Of a DNA stretch of 64,000 bases, positions 54,519-64,000 are shown one piece after another. This DNA comes from a virus. Its lineage: Duplodnaviria > Caudoviricetes. Numbering within the stretch: the stretch's first letter is position 1; every line of letters starts with the position of its first letter. The position numbers and the translations under genes are program-made. The stretch is from IMG/VR virus record IMGVR_UViG_3300021426_000001, one strand, 5' to 3'. Under the pieces are notes generated by a model, which had not been told where the DNA came from, ran no database searches, and worked only from the letters and a program-made list of their open reading frames with translations.

Positions 54519-55597
54519 GAGTAGCGCTAACAGGAGACCTTCACTTCGGCGTGAAGGACAGCGACAAGACATTCCAGAACTCGCAGTTCGAGTTCATGGC
54601 GCAGATGGTGATGGAGTGCAAGGCAGAGAAGATCAGCGAGATCTTCATCCTAGGCGATCTGTTCGACACGAGACACAGTCTGAACGTGTTGACGCTCGAC
54701 CGAGTTATCGACTTCTTCCTTGACCACGAGGACGACGAGGTTACTTTCCACATTCTGCTAGGAAACCACGACCTCTACTACAAGAACTCGCTTCTCGTCA
54801 ACTCTCTGAAAGTTCTGCGGGGAATCCGCAACATCAGGATCTACGATCACCCTAAGCAAGTCGGAATCACTCACAGACCGATGGAAGATGGAAACAAGAT
54901 GGTCGTCTTCGACACGCTAGTCGTTCCGTGGGTGACGGACTACGAGCAGTTCAGAAACGAGGTCATCGGAAAATATCCAGAGACGAAGAGGATCTTCGGT
55001 CACTTCGATGTCATCGGCGCCAAGATGGACAACTTCCAGGTCTCTGAGAACGGCTTCGAGAAGGAGGAGCTTCTCAACTCTTGGCAGTATGTCTACTCTG
55101 GCCACTATCACCACCACTCGGAGACGGTAGTCGGAGACAAGAGACTGGTATACATCGGAAGTCCGTATCAGATCACGAGGGCTGAGATCGAGCCAAAGGG
55201 CTACTACATCCTTGACACAGACGACGAGTCACTCACCTTCAAGCGCAACACATGCTGCATCGAGTACAAGAAGCTGACATATCCGGAGTTCCCAGAGGAT
55301 CCAGATGACTTCATCACTGGCAACATCGTGGACGTGGAAATTTCGTGGGAAGACTCTAAGTACATGAACAAGGTGAACGAGTACCTTGAGAGAGTAGAGA
55401 GCTACAATCCAGCATACCCAGTCAACGCCATCTATCAGAAGAAGAAAGAAAACGCGTCAACCATGAAGATCGACGCGTCAAAGATAACGATCCTGTCGCT
55501 CGGCAAGAAATACATCGACGACAGTCAAGACATCAAGAACAAAGCTAAAGTCTACTCAGAGTTCAAGGATTTGTACTCGAAGTACTCGGTTCAGTAG
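54515..55597 (+). CDS. gp47 (Mre11/SbcD-like) nuclease
   Basis: GDLHFG, GDLFD, GNHD, GHF, SGHYH and YIGSPY motifs. Confidence 0.95.
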   Translation: MRVALTGDLHFGVKDSDKTFQNSQFEFMAQMVMECKAEKISEIFILGDLFDTRHSLNVLTLDRVIDFFLDHEDDEVTFHILLGNHDLYYKNSLLVNSLKVLRGIRNIRIYDHPKQVGITHRPMEDGNKMVVFDTLVVPWVTDYEQFRNEVIGKYPETKRIFGHFDVIGAKMDNFQVSENGFEKEELLNSWQYVYSGHYHHHSETVVGDKRLVYIGSPYQITRAEIEPKGYYILDTDDESLTFKRNTCCIEYKKLTYPEFPEDPDDFITGNIVDVEISWEDSKYMNKVNEYLERVESYNPAYPVNAIYQKKKENASTMKIDASKITILSLGKKYIDDSQDIKNKAKVYSEFKDLYSKYSVQ

Positions 55598-55697
55598 CTT
55601 CGCTCTTCTTACCTTTCCTCTTAGCGCTCGTCTCTTCGACGGGCGTTTCTTTTTGCTGTTCTGGCTTGCTGTATGGCGTTCTTACTCTGACTCCCAT
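55563..55697 (-). CDS. 44-aa basic hypothetical protein (not in ORF track)
   Basis: Strong RBS AAGGAG; MGVRVRTPYSKPEQQKE...; overlaps the gp47 3' end antisense. Confidence 0.45.
   Translation of the reverse strand: MGVRVRTPYSKPEQQKETPVEETSAKRKGKKSEATEPSTSSTNP
55625..55654 (+). terminator. Terminator after gp47
   Basis: CGCTCGTC/GACGGGCG stem plus T-tract. Confidence 0.7.
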
Positions 55698-55708
55698 AGT
55701 GTTTCTCC

Positions 55709-56083
55709 TTAGTTTATTTCAAGAGCGTCCTTGAGCTCTTTTGGCAAAAATTTGTCTAGCATCCTGATGGTCTTGAACTTCTGATCTTTGACGAGCTGCT
55801 TCACGCAGCTCCTGGCTTGCGTGATGAAGAACGGATCATTGACCATGCTCTTCGTGAACTCGTCGACTTCCTCGTCCGTCAGGTGCATGACTAGGTTCTG
55901 GTTCTTGTTTCTGTTGAGGGTTACGAGCTTCTTCAACGCGTAGAGATTGATCAGCTGGACCACCCACATCTTCGGCTTGTCCTCGGCGCAGAAATCCCAG
56001 ATCTTCGGCTCATCGACTTCATTGTCCATGTCCAGAAAGACATGAGGCTGTTCGAGAATCAGCTCTTCTACTATGTATCTCAT
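55709..56083 (-). CDS. Hypothetical late protein
   Basis: MRYIVEELILEQPH...; start inferred from TGATG coupling. Confidence 0.6.
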   Translation of the reverse strand: MRYIVEELILEQPHVFLDMDNEVDEPKIWDFCAEDKPKMWVVQLINLYALKKLVTLNRNKNQNLVMHLTDEEVDEFTKSMVNDPFFITQARSCVKQLVKDQKFKTIRMLDKFLPKELKDALEIN

Positions 56084-56595
56084 CAGTTCGATCCAGTCAA
56101 GCTGTTGTAGAATACGATGACAGCGGCGCACAGCTTGAGCGCGTCAAGGTCTCTGTCCTTATATAGCGTGATCTGAGCGAACGACTTTGGCGAGCAGTTG
56201 TCCCAGTTGTGCCAGTCGAACTTAGCATTTTGAACTGCTTGCATCACGTTCTTGCATGCGCCACGGATCTGAGACTCGAAGTCCTTGATCTGCTGGCCCA
56301 TAGTGTCATACTTCGTCACCTTCCCGCAGTCATTCTGGAACGCCTTGTGGATTCCCTCTATGACTGCCTTAGCGACATCTACCTGCGGTCTTATCGTATC
56401 TGCCAGGCTAGATCTGATGGATCCAGAAGCTGGCTGAGACTGTGGCGCTGGCGCTGTCTGCTGTTGAGGCGCTGGCGCTGGTGCGGGAGCTTGAGCAGGC
56501 TGTTGCTGCTGAGACTGCTGTGCTGGCGATGGCGCTGCTGGCGCATCTTCGTTCAGCTTATGTCTTCTTATTGCGAAGTCCTTGAAAGTCTTCAT
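56083..56595 (-). CDS. Probable head-internal protein
   Basis: MKTFKDF...LNEDA leader; P/A/Q-rich linker. Confidence 0.6.
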   Translation of the reverse strand: MKTFKDFAIRRHKLNEDAPAAPSPAQQSQQQQPAQAPAPAPAPQQQTAPAPQSQPASGSIRSSLADTIRPQVDVAKAVIEGIHKAFQNDCGKVTKYDTMGQQIKDFESQIRGACKNVMQAVQNAKFDWHNWDNCSPKSFAQITLYKDRDLDALKLCAAVIVFYNSLTGSN

Positions 56596-58898
56596 TGCTT
56601 TTCTCCGTTCTGCTCTGTATTCTGCTGTTGAGGCTGTTGTTGAGGCTGCTGTTGCTGCTGTGGCTCTTTCTTCTCTTCAGTCTGCGCCAGGTTGATGACA
56701 GAGAACGGAATTCCGTTCTCGCCGAAGATCTCCTTGGCGTCTTCTTGGTAGATCTTGGCTGGCTGTGCTGTCACTCGCTTAGCCTGCTCTAGTCTAGGAT
56801 CTACCGTCTTGATGAACTTCTCGATGTTCGTGAAGTCGCAGTCCTTGATCGTGAGGAACTGAGTCACGTTAGTCACGCTCTGGAGTGAAGCGATGATTCT
56901 GAATTCGCGATTGAGCTCGTCGCCGAATCCCTGAACCTTGCTTCTGAGGGCAGTCAGGCTCTTTCTAGCTACAGCAGTGACTTCTTGCAGCTTGAGATTC
57001 TTGATTCCCGTTATAGAGATGTTCATGCTCTTCAGACTGTTGAACTGAGCGTGAGCCTTGAGGGCTGAGATGTATCTCGTGTACTGATCGAGAATCTCGT
57101 CGAAGAACTGTGCGATAGCGTAGAACGTAGAGTATCTGCCGTCCTTGATCAGATCTCGCTTAAGATCGACGTTTCTCTGAATCATGCGTGAGAGAACAGG
57201 ATCCTTCTTTATCCAGTGCTCGACGCCGTGAGTGAGCTCGAAGACGAAGGTCGGCTTCTCTTGCTGAGTCTTCTGCTCTTCAGCTTCGAGAACCATAGAC
57301 TCTGACAGAGCCTGATCAATTTTCGCTGGATCGACTCGAACTCTAGCAGCGATCATCTTCTTCTGGCCGTCGTTCAGATCAGACCACTTGTCCTTCTGGA
57401 AGAAGTTGTGCATCGTCTTCTGTATGGTGCTCTTCTGCTCGTCTGTGAGCTCGGACTTCTGATCCTGAGACTTCGTCTCTTCCTGCTTCTGCTCAGGCTT
57501 CTTTTCTGGCTCCTTCTGCTCTTCGCCGTTCTTGATTGTGAACGGCTGGAACGAGAACTGACGGAACGCTTCCTGATGTCCGTAAGTGCCAGCGAAAGCT
57601 CTGAGAAGCAGATAGATGAGGAAGTTGTAGCGGAGAATCACGTTTGCGACTTTCTCCTGAATCTTCTCGTTCTCGTCTTGCTGCTTGACTGGCTCTTGCT
57701 GCTGTGGATTCTCGTCTTCTCCAGCGTCAGCTGCGCTATTCTGTTCGTTCTCTTCCTGCTTCGCACCTTCTGGGTCTGGCTCGATAGTAGCTTCGTTGAC
57801 GAGATCTCTAGAAGTGATGGACAGATTCAGTGCAGCGAGTCGTGATGCGAGATCCATAGACTCTTTTTGCTGTTCTTGCTGTGGCTGCTCTTTCTGCTCT
57901 TTAGGCTCTTCATTCGGTTGAACTCCGAGAACTTGGAGATCGTCTTCGAACTTCCAGCCCTTCATCACTGTTCTCTGAAGCTGCTGGACGCTCTGTGAGA
58001 ATGTCTTCTTGTTTGCAGCCTCTGACTCAGCGTTCATGTTGTCGAGATCGAGTCCGAGCTTCTTGTACTCGTCCTGAGCCTGCTTGTTCTCACGGACCTT
58101 TCTCATATTCTCTTTGATCTTCGGCCAAGCTGCCTTGCGGAAGTAAGAGTTCGGGTTGAGGAGCTCATGCAGTCCGAAGAAGAAGATCTTCAGCGGAGCT
58201 GTGAGAATGTTCGTAGTAGAGCCCATGACCGTGTCGTACGCCTTGTTCTTCGCATCGCCGACAGCGGTCTTGAGGGAGTCATAAGTGCCCTTGCCCCAGA
58301 ACTTTCCGCCCTCCTTTGAGCTGACGAACTGATCGATGGCGCCAGTCTCTTGAATCTTCTTCCAAGTCTTGTACTTCGTCTGAGCTGCCTCGGCTTCTCT
58401 CAGGACTGTGTCTCCGAGAGCGGCAGCTACGATCTTCTTCTGCTGATCCGAGAATTCGATGTTTCCGCCCTTCTGGATCTCTGCCTTAGCGTCTGACTCT
58501 GCCTTCTCTTGAATATTCTCTAGCTTTCCGAGAGCAGTGTTGTAGCCTGAAACTTCCTTCATCTGTCTAAGGAACTTGCTGTCGATGTTGACTTCTGATA
58601 GAGCTTTGTCAAGCTTCTCGTAGTCGATCTTGTTGTTGTCAGTTCTGTTGAGAAGCATCAAGCATCTGAGAGCTGCGTCATACTCGACCAGCTCGCCATA
58701 AGTCTCGAACTCCTCGACTCCAGAGAAAGCAGTCTGGAGATTCTCTTTGCTCGGCTTGCCGGGATTTACTTCCTTGAGCATATCGCCGACAGTGATCATG
58801 TGAAGCACGAAAGCCTGAAATCTTCTCTTGTAAGTGTTGTAGACGCAGTCCCTGTTCGAAAACGCTTCTACGATGTCTCTGCTAGTCCATTTAGCCAT
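56592..58898 (-). CDS. Large probable head-internal protein
   Basis: Late promoter 58924-58931; Q/E linkers flanking LVNEA and LSESMVLEA sites. Confidence 0.55.
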   Translation of the reverse strand: MAKWTSRDIVEAFSNRDCVYNTYKRRFQAFVLHMITVGDMLKEVNPGKPSKENLQTAFSGVEEFETYGELVEYDAALRCLMLLNRTDNNKIDYEKLDKALSEVNIDSKFLRQMKEVSGYNTALGKLENIQEKAESDAKAEIQKGGNIEFSDQQKKIVAAALGDTVLREAEAAQTKYKTWKKIQETGAIDQFVSSKEGGKFWGKGTYDSLKTAVGDAKNKAYDTVMGSTTNILTAPLKIFFFGLHELLNPNSYFRKAAWPKIKENMRKVRENKQAQDEYKKLGLDLDNMNAESEAANKKTFSQSVQQLQRTVMKGWKFEDDLQVLGVQPNEEPKEQKEQPQQEQQKESMDLASRLAALNLSITSRDLVNEATIEPDPEGAKQEENEQNSAADAGEDENPQQQEPVKQQDENEKIQEKVANVILRYNFLIYLLLRAFAGTYGHQEAFRQFSFQPFTIKNGEEQKEPEKKPEQKQEETKSQDQKSELTDEQKSTIQKTMHNFFQKDKWSDLNDGQKKMIAARVRVDPAKIDQALSESMVLEAEEQKTQQEKPTFVFELTHGVEHWIKKDPVLSRMIQRNVDLKRDLIKDGRYSTFYAIAQFFDEILDQYTRYISALKAHAQFNSLKSMNISITGIKNLKLQEVTAVARKSLTALRSKVQGFGDELNREFRIIASLQSVTNVTQFLTIKDCDFTNIEKFIKTVDPRLEQAKRVTAQPAKIYQEDAKEIFGENGIPFSVINLAQTEEKKEPQQQQQPQQQPQQQNTEQNGEKQ

Positions 58899-58993
58899 AC
58901 AACTTCCTTGCTGTGATACGATTTATTTATACACAAGAGAAACGCTGCTGAGAGACCCAGCAGCGCCCATTTATTTCACGGAGTAGACGGAAA

Positions 58994-59410
58994 TTAGTCT
59001 TCGTCCATCGAGCCGTAGACGTTCTCGTTGTCCATTGCGCTTACTACAGCAGCTGCCTGTTCAGCGTCAGCGGATCCGTCGTCTTCGTACTCGACCTTGT
59101 CGATGATGCTCTTGATGGCTTCGAGCTCGGCCTTCGTCACCTGAATGGTGAAGAGTTCGCCGTCATCTTCTGGAGTAGATCCTGCTGGAGTCTCAGCCGT
59201 TGCGCCTGCTTCTGGCGGAACTTGTGCTGGAGCGCCCTCGTCTTCCTTCAGAACCTTGTAGCCGTGAGCCTCGGCAACCTTGATTGCCTCCTGGATCATA
59301 GCTTCCTTGTCGTCCTGCTTAGCAGACTCGCCCACCACCTTGTAGCCGTGAGCCTCTGCCACCTTGATAGCTTCGTCGAGCTGTTCTTGAGTGATTTTAG
59401 AGTCCTTCAT
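58994..59410 (-). CDS. Acidic head-core-like protein with duplicated EAIKVAEAHGYKV motif
   Basis: Internal direct repeat; late promoter 59431-59438. Confidence 0.65.
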   Translation of the reverse strand: MKDSKITQEQLDEAIKVAEAHGYKVVGESAKQDDKEAMIQEAIKVAEAHGYKVLKEDEGAPAQVPPEAGATAETPAGSTPEDDGELFTIQVTKAELEAIKSIIDKVEYEDDGSADAEQAAAVVSAMDNENVYGSMDED

Positions 59411-59444
59411 GGTATTTCCTCTCTTTTTGTTATTTATAGAATTC

Positions 59445-59912
59445 TTACGATCTTCTTCCGTTCATTGCGATTCTCTTGATAGCGTCACGCAAGTCTTGGA
59501 CGATGATCTGTTCGTTCGCGACCAGCCCGTAAGCGCTCGCGAAGGTAGATTTAAGCTCTTTGGCCTTTCTCGTGATGGCGTCTCGCAGCTCTGGATCCTG
59601 TGGATAGATGAGAGCTTGTGCGATCTGCGTGTCGTCGAGATTAGCAGTTTTGCAATAATCGGTGTAGCCGACCACTATCTCGGAAGCGACTTCGCGAACC
59701 ATCGGCAAGATGACTGATGGATCTGCGAACTGCTCGTTGACAGAGTCAGTGTTCAACTCTTCATTCTGGCCGGGCGGAGTGTCATCCTGGATGATCAGCT
59801 TAGCGCCACAACACGGACAGACTGGATTGGAGAGATTCACTACGTAAGCGTTCTCTTCATCGTCCAGTCTCTCTAGAATTCTCAGAGCACCCTGTTGAGT
59901 TTCTGAAAGCAC
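59445..59912 (-). CDS. Hypothetical protein with CPCC motif
   Basis: Late operon member. Confidence 0.55.
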   Translation of the reverse strand: MLSETQQGALRILERLDDEENAYVVNLSNPVCPCCGAKLIIQDDTPPGQNEELNTDSVNEQFADPSVILPMVREVASEIVVGYTDYCKTANLDDTQIAQALIYPQDPELRDAITRKAKELKSTFASAYGLVANEQIIVQDLRDAIKRIAMNGRRS

Positions 59913-59915
59913 GAC

Positions 59916-60968
59916 TTATTCCTCGTCTTTCTTCTCTTCCGTATTCTTGTTCTCGTCAGACTTCTTGGAATCGTCGGACTTCTTCTCGTCCTTGTCCTTG
60001 TCATCCTTTCCAGTCTTCTTGTCGTCATCGCAGCATCCGCTCTTGCATCCGCCCTTGACTCCAGTTTCGACCTTAGCGTCCTTGTAGAGCTTCATGAAGG
60101 AGAGCTTCTCGTCTACCTTCTGCTCTTCGTTGACTGCTTGTGCTTCAGCTGGCTTGTACTCTTCACCGAGCAGCTCCTTCTTGAGAGCGAGCTTAGCCTC
60201 GTCGATCTTGTGACGGATCTTGGCCTTGATAGCAGTCTCTAGGATAGGATCGAGCTTGTAGAGCTTGCCTGACTCGACGATTCCGATGATAGAACCAGAT
60301 GTGCTGTTGAGCATCTTTCCGAACTTCTTGTTTGCGCGATAGTTCTCTGACTTGAGCTCGTCGCCCTCGGCAGACTCGTCGAGACGGGAAGTGTCGTCAT
60401 CGTCGTCCTGAGACTCGTTCGGCTTGTCTTCAGTGTTCGGCTCAGCTGCCTGCGCTGGCTGTTGCTGTTGCTGATCTCCACCCTGTGCTGGCGGCTGTTC
60501 GTCCTGACCTGCAGCAGCTGCATTGTCAAGATCGAGATCTAGGTTTGGCGGAGCGTTCTGAGCGCTCTGGTCTCCACCCTCTGAAGCTGGTGCCGGTTCT
60601 GCAGGTGCTGGCTCTGCTGGAGCAGGTTCTGCTGGTGCCGGTTCAGCCGGAGCTGGTTCTGCGGCTGGCTGCTGACCCATGTTCTCTACCTTGTCGGTGA
60701 GCTTCTGTAGTGCGACAGCCTGGTTGTTGATAAGATCCTTGAGACCGCTTAGAGTCTGGTTCAGATTCTCGATAGCGCTAGCTTCTTGGCTAGCCTGAGA
60801 GCTCTGCTGAGCGGATCCCGTGCCACCAAGAAGATCTGCGAAATCATCGTCGTCGCTAGGTGTCGTAGCTTCTGGAGCGCCTGCGATATTTTCGGCAGTA
60901 GCTGGCTTCTGAGCGATGTCAGAGAGGAAATCCTCGTTCACTGCAGCTTTTTGGTTCTTAATTGTCAT
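59916..60968 (-). CDS. Acidic low-complexity scaffold/core-like protein
   Basis: (PAEPA)n repeat; VNED, LDES and VNEE sites; late promoter 60999-61006. Confidence 0.55.
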   Translation of the reverse strand: MTIKNQKAAVNEDFLSDIAQKPATAENIAGAPEATTPSDDDDFADLLGGTGSAQQSSQASQEASAIENLNQTLSGLKDLINNQAVALQKLTDKVENMGQQPAAEPAPAEPAPAEPAPAEPAPAEPAPASEGGDQSAQNAPPNLDLDLDNAAAAGQDEQPPAQGGDQQQQQPAQAAEPNTEDKPNESQDDDDDTSRLDESAEGDELKSENYRANKKFGKMLNSTSGSIIGIVESGKLYKLDPILETAIKAKIRHKIDEAKLALKKELLGEEYKPAEAQAVNEEQKVDEKLSFMKLYKDAKVETGVKGGCKSGCCDDDKKTGKDDKDKDEKKSDDSKKSDENKNTEEKKDEE

Positions 60969-61006
60969 ATTTAACACCCTTCTAGTATTGCTTTAGATTA
61001 TTTATA

Positions 61007-61435
61007 CTAGAGTTCTGAGATGACAGTTTTCATCTCATCGGAGTTGACGAGAGAATCCCAGTCGTCTTTGATCTCTTTCCAGTCGTTGAAGGAGTGAATT
61101 CCGTATGTGAGCATGTTGCAGATGTCGTTGAGACGCCAGTCGATGACTTTCTTGCAGTCCTCGGTAGATGCGTCGCGGAAGCTGCAAAGGAACTCGCTCG
61201 GAGTGAAGCGCTTCTTGATCTCCTTGAACTGCTTCGGGTACTTAGCCACGATAGCGTCGATCTTCTTGAAGAGGGCCTTGAGAGACTCAGACTTCTTGAT
61301 GTCTTCGTCTGAGACGCCTCTGCTGCTCTTCAGCACGCCCCACATGTAGTAGAGCGGGTTAGTGTCTTCTTCCTTCTCGAAGACTGCTGACTCGTTCAGG
61401 AGAAATTCCTGAAGATTCTTGTATTCTTTTGCCAT
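61007..61435 (-). CDS. Probable head-internal protein
   Basis: YKNLQEFLLNESA leader resembles the T4 capsid-targeting sequence. Confidence 0.6.
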   Translation of the reverse strand: MAKEYKNLQEFLLNESAVFEKEEDTNPLYYMWGVLKSSRGVSDEDIKKSESLKALFKKIDAIVAKYPKQFKEIKKRFTPSEFLCSFRDASTEDCKKVIDWRLNDICNMLTYGIHSFNDWKEIKDDWDSLVNSDEMKTVISEL

Positions 61436-61450
61436 TCTTAGCTCCTGAAA

Positions 61451-62746
61451 TTAGAAATTGAAATAGATCGTTCCTGGCGCTTTATAGTCATCCAAGTTTC
61501 CTACGTTCATGTCTGGCGCATACTGCCATGTCTCGTGAGATCCGGATGCCCAGTAAGCGGAATTAGCGCTGACTGTCTCTGAAGCGCCCTCCCATAGAGC
61601 AGCAGACTGCTTCCAAGTGTTGTCCTCGTAAGCCCATGCAGCTGAGTTCGCGCTGACTATCATGGAAGCGCCGTTCCACAGATCTGCTGAGTCAGAGAGA
61701 TCTTGATAAGCAGAATTCCAGATGCTCGCTGAGTTGATGACTGCGCTGTAAGCTGAGTTCCAGTACTGAGCGCTGTTGATAATCACCTGGTAAGCTGAGT
61801 TCCAGTAAGCAGAGTCCGCGCTTACGATGTTTACCGTCGTGTTCCACTGGTTATAGTGGTTGTGAACTTCTTGTGTGTGCTTTTCCCAGAAAGCAGAGTT
61901 CTCTTTCACGGTCATCGAAGCGCCGTTCCAGAGATCGGCCGAGTCGTTCCAGCCGCTAACTGTAGCGGAGGTTACGTTGTAGACCCAGTCTTGCGTTCCT
62001 CTGAGCATAGCCCAGATCTTCTCAAGCTGTGGGAATACGCCTGCTGGTGCGAAACCGGAATTCTCTATGTAAGCAGAATTTACGTCGAAGAACAGATCGC
62101 CATACTTGTAGATCCAGTCATAGATCTCGTCGATGACGTTCATTCCGACCCAGTTTCTCTTAGCCGACTCTCCCCAATGTCCGCCATCGTAGAGGTCGTT
62201 TGCGGCTTTCGCCAAATCCTCTATGGTCTTTCTCATTGACGGAGAGAGACCTAGCGGAAGCTTTGCGCCATTTCCTGACAGAGAGTCGTCAGTCTGAACC
62301 TCGGTAAATGCGCTGTAAGTAGAGAGGAATGCGCTCGTAGCAGAGATGAAGTTCTGAACGTCTTGGAATGCGCCAGAGTCGTATCTCTGAGCCATGCTGT
62401 AAGCTGAGTCCCAGTAAGCTGAGTGTCCGCTAACGATCTCGGAAGCTGAGTTCCATAGATCGGCTGAGTCTTTCCAGCTCTCGTCGTGACCGTTGTTCCA
62501 AGCAGCAGAGTTAGCGCTGACAATGTCGTGGACGCCGTCCCAGCGATCCACTTCAGCAGAAGTTATGCACATGCAGGGATCTTGGTCCCCTGAGCAACAG
62601 TTCTCCCAGGGGTACACGCCGATCACTGGTTCAGTGTCGTTTCTCCACGGTCTAGGCCATGCGGGCCAGACGCCGTCTTCCCTGTGCTTAGGGTAGACTG
62701 ACGGCCAAGGTCCGCAGGGTCCATGTGGAAATTTCTTCTCGTCCAT
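61451..62746 (-). CDS. Trp-repeat fibrous protein (head/neck fibre candidate)
   Basis: 14-15 aa periodic W-N-S/G-A-(Y/S)...N/D-S-A-x-x-W repeats. Confidence 0.55.
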   Translation of the reverse strand: MDEKKFPHGPCGPWPSVYPKHREDGVWPAWPRPWRNDTEPVIGVYPWENCCSGDQDPCMCITSAEVDRWDGVHDIVSANSAAWNNGHDESWKDSADLWNSASEIVSGHSAYWDSAYSMAQRYDSGAFQDVQNFISATSAFLSTYSAFTEVQTDDSLSGNGAKLPLGLSPSMRKTIEDLAKAANDLYDGGHWGESAKRNWVGMNVIDEIYDWIYKYGDLFFDVNSAYIENSGFAPAGVFPQLEKIWAMLRGTQDWVYNVTSATVSGWNDSADLWNGASMTVKENSAFWEKHTQEVHNHYNQWNTTVNIVSADSAYWNSAYQVIINSAQYWNSAYSAVINSASIWNSAYQDLSDSADLWNGASMIVSANSAAWAYEDNTWKQSAALWEGASETVSANSAYWASGSHETWQYAPDMNVGNLDDYKAPGTIYFNF

Positions 62747-62767
62747 TCGTCAGCTCTCCAGCTCTAA

Positions 62768-63220
62768 TTACTTACCTGCAGTGTTTCTTGCGTTCTGGCA
62801 CTGGACGCCGAGATCGTGAATTGCAGTGCCGATCTTGATGATTCTCGGATCTGCGATCTTAGCGATGTTCTCCTTGAGCTTGTCGTAGATGTCCTTTCTG
62901 GTCGGGTAGTCACGCTCTTGAGTGAACCACTCTTCCTTCAGGTATGCGGTGAGCTCAGTCACGAGGTCCTGCTGGAAGCCGTCGAGAGCCTTCATACAGT
63001 CGTTGTCGCCAGCTGCCTTCTTGAAGTACTTCTCAATGAGCTGACCCATAGCGCTCTTTGTCTGCGGAGTGTTTGCTGGAGTCGTGTCACCAGAGATGTC
63101 TGAACCGCTGATGTTGCCCTTAGGCTCTTCTGGCATCTTGCCAGTGATCTCGTCCTCGAAGACTTCTGGATTGTAGTTAGCGTCCTCGTTTAGTTTCTGT
63201 CTGAATTGTGCGAAATCCAT
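62768..63220 (-). CDS. Probable head-internal protein
   Basis: MDFAQFRQKLNEDA leader; late promoter 63251-63258. Confidence 0.6.
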   Translation of the reverse strand: MDFAQFRQKLNEDANYNPEVFEDEITGKMPEEPKGNISGSDISGDTTPANTPQTKSAMGQLIEKYFKKAAGDNDCMKALDGFQQDLVTELTAYLKEEWFTQERDYPTRKDIYDKLKENIAKIADPRIIKIGTAIHDLGVQCQNARNTAGK

Positions 63221-63268
63221 AGATTTTACCTCTATTTTGATTGCTTAGTTTATTTATACTCTTTCTCT

Positions 63269-64000
63269 CTACCAGCCGTCAAATGGATCGAACGGATCCG
63301 ACTGGCGCTTCTGGTTGCATACGTGTGCTGGCTCATCGTTCGGCTGATAGCGCTGAATTCCGACGTCATCTCGCTTCACGAAGTCGTTGACAGCCAGGAT
63401 GTCGCAGGATGCTGAGACTTCTGAGGTCTTGTGCTCCATGTCGAACGACTCGGCTAGCGACGTGTAGTCAGCGATCGGCATCTTGTCGTCGTTCTGGTTC
63501 ATCACGTCCACGTCTTCGTGGTTGTTCTTCCAGATTCTCAGGGTGAAGTTGTAAGTGATCGGTGTTCCGAGGAACGCGGAGCCGTCTTTGAACTCTTTTA
63601 CGTTGATGACTTCGTAGTACTTGTCGCAGTACTTGAAGTACATTATGTCGCCGATCTTAGGCTTGTAGATCTCGTACTGGATCTTCGTGCGGTTGTAGTC
63701 ATACTGGCTAGCCTCGCTGAAGTGCGCGATTGTAGCCTGGACCTCGAAGACCTCTTCGTAGAGCATGCCCTGAAGCTGATACTGCTTCTGCAGGTTTGGA
63801 ATGTCTGGCGTGTAGATAGAGAGTCTGAATCTGCGAACTATGTTCTCTAGCGGATCCTCGCCGAGCAGACGGTCTCTCTTAGTCGAGATCTGCTTGATGT
63901 AGTAGTCGATCTCGAAGCCGTACATGTTGTAGGCCTCGGAAGTTAGGGAAGACATCAGTGCTGCTTCGTTAGCGTAGCACGAGTCCTTGTCAGTGCCGTC
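63269..64000 (-). CDS. Neck protein gp14-like (5' end beyond window)
   Basis: EAYNMYGFEIDYY...RLLGEDPL...PKIGDIMYF...YYEVINVK. Confidence 0.85.
   Translation of the reverse strand, partial: DGTDKDSCYANEAALMSSLTSEAYNMYGFEIDYYIKQISTKRDRLLGEDPLENIVRRFRLSIYTPDIPNLQKQYQLQGMLYEEVFEVQATIAHFSEASQYDYNRTKIQYEIYKPKIGDIMYFKYCDKYYEVINVKEFKDGSAFLGTPITYNFTLRIWKNNHEDVDVMNQNDDKMPIADYTSLAESFDMEHKTSEVSASCDILAVNDFVKRDDVGIQRYQPNDEPAHVCNQKRQSDPFDPFDGW

Noticed and set aside
1-64000. Stop-codon reassignment; DGR/retron; the many antisense ORFs in the track
   Set aside because: Core genes are intact and tightly packed in code 11, with TAA, TAG and TGA all used as stops; no reverse transcriptase or TR/VR pair was seen; the opposite-strand ORFs are codon-bias shadows without RBS or motifs

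Overview
The window is 64 kb of a large T4-like (Tevenvirinae-type/jumbo) myovirus genome read in the standard code, with most genes on the minus strand. Virion genes include tail sheath, gp3, gp15, gp14, gp25, gp53, gp5, two gp26-like hubs, about five tail-tube-fold paralogs, large fibre/adhesin proteins and a set of probable head-internal proteins. Replication and recombination genes include PolB, UvsW, UvsY, gp46/gp47, RuvC-like and PD-(D/E)XK nucleases. Accessory genes include Hsp20, NADAR/gp30.3 and an M14 desuccinylase-like enzyme. Promoters are clear: early GGGTTTACA-N17-TATATT and late (T/G/C)ATAAATA. Three things stand out. (1) A ~1.1 kb gene-free island (32300-33415) holds a ~95-nt terminator-ended RNA, a late-promoter-driven ~660-nt highly structured putative RNA with a 10-bp long-range pairing, and eight DnaA-box-like 9-mers at an exact 11-bp period; this is a candidate undescribed large ncRNA / RNA-linked origin system. 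(2) An orphan C-terminal half of an atypically split intein terminase, whose N-half is not in the window. (3) Two insertions in the DNA polymerase that look like catalytically dead intein (Hint) fragments. All family calls come from motif recognition by eye; no searches or folding programs were run.
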